NCBI GenBank assembly: GCA_010093605.1
Contig: MU004190.1
Location: 186,001 to 250,000, forward strand
Length of the DNA stretch: 64,000 nt
Direction of reading: 5' to 3'
From: Lophium mytilinum
Lineage: Eukaryota
Shown here: positions 59,633 to 64,000 of the stretch, one piece after another
Layout of the letters: the number at the start of each line of letters is the position of its first letter
How positions within the stretch are numbered: position 1 is the stretch's first letter
Notes under the pieces: model-generated
The model's database searches: none
What the model saw: the letters and a program-made list of their open reading frames with translations, nothing else
Told to the model about the DNA's origin: nothing
Program-made: the position numbers and the translations under genes

Positions 59633-61808
59633 TCAGAGTCTCGCAGGTCCCTTGGTGACTTCTTTTTCCACCACTGCTGCCAGAGTCCCTTCAGCAACGT
59701 CGTCCCCGTCTTCAGCCTCCAGCACCCAAGCTACGCGACCACTACTCTGTGCGCGTACTTCCAGCTCCATCTTCATCTGTTGGATCACACACACTACATC
59801 TCCTTCCTTTATCACGTCGCCTTCCTCTACCGAAACCTCCACTAACTTGCCGGGGAAAGGGATGACGACATGAGATGGGTCCGCGGGATTATCACTGCGA
59901 TGATGGGAGCTCAGAGCTGAAGACGAGGCTGTCGTACTCTTGAGAGTCATAGTATAGGGCGTAGACTTTGACTGTGTGCCTGGTATGATAGAGGGCGTGG
60001 TGAACGTGATTTCGGCTGAGAGAGAAGCGGGAAACTCGTTGCGTAGGACACGAGTCAGTTGGAGGTGATGTGGTGGAGTGGCTTGGACAGCGTTGTGACT
60101 TTCCTCGCGATGAGCGCTTTCAAGGGTAATTGACCAGGCGTCGCCTTTCCGGAAGAGAGTGCTAGACTGAGATATAGACAGCATGGAAGAAGCGGCATTA
60201 TTTGCAGTAGATTGATCAAGAAAAGAGCGATTAGATACGGTCAGGCTCTGATTTTGACCGAGCTTGAGGATAGCTTGCTGGTATTTTTCAAGCCATTGGG
60301 TGTCACATCTTCCGTTCGAGAAGTCGGGATGGGATACTATACCTCGAAGGATGTCCAGATTAGTTTTGACGCCAACGATTTGCGTATCTTCAAGAGCACG
60401 CTTCGCTTTACGAACTGCATCCGGCCACGTGGCCGCAGTGATGATCAATTTCGCGAGTAGGCTATCAAAGTCGGCGGAGATGACCGAAGAGTAGTTATTA
60501 ATGAGATGTGTGTCGACTCGAATTCCGTTACCTGTGGGAAAACTGAAGGATTTAATTTTTCCAATGGATAGAGACCAGTCGGCTTGCACGTTTTCTGCCG
60601 TGACTCGCAGTTGAATAGAGTGGACAGCAGGCGGAGACTCGGGTTGGCGAATCATATCGGAGAGTCCTGAGTTAGCTAGTGAGACTCCCTGGGCTAACAA
60701 GAGCTGTATCTTGACGAGGTCCGTCATTGACATTGACTCGGTTATTGTATGTTCGACTTGTAGTCGCGGGTTGACTTCTAGAAAGTAGTACTCCTTGGTA
60801 TCAGGTTGTACTAAGAATTCGAAAGTACCAAGCGAGAAATATTGGATCTAGACTTGATGAGTAACGAGGCAGGCGAAGTCAGAGCGTCCGGGCTTCGTAC
60901 CTCCCGTGCCATTCTTAGCGCATCTTGGATGACTTTAGCAACAAGTTTCCTATCCGATATAGAACTCGGCGCAATCTCTACCACTTTCTGATACCGTCTT
61001 TGGATACTGCATTCTCGCTCCCAAAGATGTTGGACGTTCCCATGACCATCGCCAATAATCTGGACTTCCACGTGACGAAAACCATCGACTGCTGCTTTCT
61101 CCGCAAAGACTTGGCGGGACGGGCTCTCGTCAACAGCTCTCTTCACAGCCGCGGGAAGTGACTCTTCATTGCGGATAAGACGAATACCTCGTCCGCCTCC
61201 ACCGTCAACAGCTTTCACCACGATAGGATAATCGACGGAAGAAGCAAAAGCTCTGATTTCGTCAGCATTATTGGTTGATCGCTGCAACGCTGGTGACACC
61301 GGGACATTGCCTGCGTATCATAAGCTCTGCTCAGCAACATATCGGAAAAAGACTTCAGGAACGAACATTGATCAGCAAGAAGCCTTGCTCTAAGCTTGTC
61401 TCCAGTATTCCCGAGAATGCCCCACCCGGGTCCAATCACCACAGCACCAGCTTCTTCCCACATCCGCCTCGAGAACTCCTCGGACTCGGACAAGAAGCCA
61501 TAGCCTGGATGGACGGCGTCTATTTGGTGCTTTTTGGTAAGGTTGATGAGGTCTGGAATGCTTAGGTACGATGCTGCTGAAGGGAGCTCGATGGCTTTGG
61601 CAGCTTTGACCGCGTGGGATGCATCTCCAGATGTGTATATCGCATATGTCTCAATTCCTAATTCTCGGGCGGTTGATATGATACGTGTGGCTATCTCGCC
61701 CCTAGGCAAAAGGTCATTCTTGAAGGCTTTTGAAGGTTGAGATATTGTGTTTACTCACCTGTTGGAGACTAGTAGCCTTTTGATAGGCCGTTGAGGAGGT
61801 CGAGACAT
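59633..61808 (-). CDS. Biotin carboxylase plus biotin carboxyl carrier domain (acyl-CoA carboxylase alpha-type subunit), multi-exon
   Basis: RLLVSNR|GEIATRII, HPGYGFLSE, KAVDGGGGRG, RECSIQRRYQK, FLEVNPRLQVEHTITE, FDSLLAKLI; C-terminal QQMKME biotinylation motif. Confidence 0.92.
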
Positions 61809-62241
61809 TGCGACGTTGAATGAAAAGTATAAGAGGCGTATGTATTTGGGAAAAGAAAATCAAGATGACAATGGACCCGAATGACTCGACTCAGATATCT
61901 CGTGATTGAATATTTGGTAAAAGTGGGACGGTAGATGTAATGACAATGCTCCAATTTGACATGAAGAAGCGACAAGAAGACAATTAGGCATGGGAGTAAT
62001 CCCATAGTTATACTCAGATCACATCTCGGAAAGAATATGGGTAGGGCGTCGTTGATGTTGTTACATGGAGAGGTGTAGTTCCAATGGCGGGGATCTGAAA
62101 GATGCCTCGGTTCCCCAGCTTCTCCACGCTTCACGTCCCACCTCGACTTGCCTCCATCAAAACAACAATGTAAAAACTCGCTCTTGCTCCCCTCGAGGAG
62201 CCTCCGATTCATACGACAAAGCATCTGAAGGGGTATTCACG

Positions 62242-64000
62242 ATGGGTGAAGACGACAACGACGAACCGAAGACCCACGACGCGTCAAAGACACGCAATAC
62301 GACCGCCGCAGAACGACTCGCTCAAGTCTCCTCCCATGTATCCCAAAACTCTCCGAATACTCCCAAAAGACGTCGACGAAAAGGCGCGGAATCCGACCTA
62401 CCCAAGGACTATTCCGATATCCTCGGTCAGCTCGATACTCTGAGGAAGATCGCTGCGACGCCAGATCTGAACAATAGAGGCTATGTGAGGCAGAAACAGG
62501 CCGGGAAACTATGGGTTAGGGAGCGTGTAGAACAGTTGCTGGATCCTGGTAGTTTCCGGGAGGTTGGAAGTGTCAGTGGTACTGTGACGTGGAAGCACCT
62601 GGGTGGGCTAAAGGAAGAGCCTGTGGAGTTCGTGCCATCGAATAATGTCCAGGGTAGGATTGCCAAGACTTTGAGAGCATATCCATTTGCAATGGCTCAT
62701 TATAATAGGATTTGGAAAACTTCGAGGTCGGAAGATAGTGTTCACGGCTGACGACTTTTCTATTCGAGCTGGACATGCTGATGGTGCATTGATGGAGAAG
62801 ACCGTGCGTATCCTCTTCGAGTTTCGTATACATATGCATACAGAATACTAACCTTCAAACTTAGATATACATGGAAAAGCTTGCAATAGCACTCAAGCTG
62901 CCAATAATCAAGCTCGTGGACGGCTCATCCGGTGGTGGTTCCGTAACTACTATTAAAGCGACCGGGTTCTCCTATGTTCCACCTCTGCCATCATTCACTC
63001 AGGTCGTTCAGCAATTGAATGCCGGTATACCAAATCTAGGTGCTGTTGTAGGCCCAGCAATCGGACTAGGCGCTGCTCGAGTGGTTGCATGCCACTTCTC
63101 CGTCATGGCGAACGACGTGGGTTCACTATTCAATGCCGGACCCCAGGTAGTCGCCGGTAAGCAATATACTTCACTCCCTCAATCACACGACAATTACTGA
63201 CACTGCATAGGCGCAACATTCGAAGAAGGGTTGAGCTTCACCGATCTCGGCGGTCCCGCCATGCATTGCACCAACGGCACAATTGACAACCTCGCACCCA
63301 ACGAAGCAGGCTGTTTCGAACAGATTCGGACCGTCCTTAGCTATCTACCAGACTGCGGCACAGCAATGCCTCCGGTCATACCCTGTGAAGACCCGACAGA
63401 TCGCATGTCACCTGAGCTTCGCTCCATCATCCCCCGCAAACGAGAGCGAATGTACAACCCCCGGAAAATCATTACCACGATAGTCGACAAGGACAGCTTC
63501 TTCGAGATAGGCTCTCTGTGGGGTACGACTGCTATCGTCGGCCTCGCAAGACTCGGTGGGCATCCTGTTGGCATAGTCTCCTTAAACTGTGAAGTCAACG
63601 CCGGCGCCATTGACGCACTAGGCTCGCAAAAGGTCACGCGTCTTTTGAAATTTCTCGATGTCTTCAACCTCCCACTCGTCCAATTCGTCGACGTCCCGGG
63701 ATACGCTATTGGTACCATAGCCGAGCGCAGTGCTACTATGCGCCACGGCGTCGCCCTCGGCCTCGCCTACTATAGCACGACAATGCCCATTTTCAGCGTT
63801 GTCGTACGTCGCGTATACGGCGTTGCCGGGGGCCTCATGCTAGATGCCCGGGATCCTCGCATGCGGGTGGCATGGCCGAGCGGTGAGTGGGGTAGTCTGC
63901 CACTCGATGGCGGGATCGAGGTCGGGCATTCCTATGAACTGAAAGAAATCGAGCGGAAAGAAGGTGTCGAGAAGCGTAAAGAGCGGTATAGAGAGTTGGA
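62242..64000 (+). CDS. Carboxyltransferase (acyl-CoA carboxylase beta-type subunit); continues past the window end
   Basis: GKLWVRERVEQLLDPGSF, DDFSIRAG, LVDGSSGGG, NAGPQVV, DLGG, GLARLGG, FVDVPGYAIG, VRRVYG, AWPSGEWGSLP. Confidence 0.92.

Overview
Eukaryotic DNA from a filamentous ascomycete (short GT-AG introns with CTRAY branch sites; TIM17, DPH2, FMP52, HET and NACHT genes). It holds about 26 protein-coding loci, many multi-exon, so the ORF track shows them only in fragments. Left part: HET-domain gene (runs off the window, absent from the ORF track), uncharacterised membrane protein, SNF2/RING helicase tail-to-tail with a NACHT-C2H2-ankyrin NLR-like gene, a TA-flanked MITE, metallophosphoesterase, MFS transporter, enoyl reductase, FMP52, TIM17 and an Mx-like dynamin. 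Middle: a tandem array of six highly diverged small secreted 4-Cys paralogs sharing a TGACT-N20-TATA promoter and a conserved 3' intron. Right part: D-amino acid oxidase-like gene, P450, DPH2, Cys-rich protein, secreted beta-propeller, a CFEM-GPI gene lacking ATG and carrying an internal TGA, TDT transporter, small hypotheticals, MCT transporter and a head-to-head biotin carboxylase/carboxyltransferase pair. The most unusual signal is a tRNA-Ile(AAT) gene at 52629-52765 (-) whose anticodon stem is interrupted by a 52-nt intron with full spliceosomal signals (GTATGT...TACTAAT...CAG), in addition to a normal 11-nt tRNA intron. All calls come from manual reading and translation; no database searches were run.
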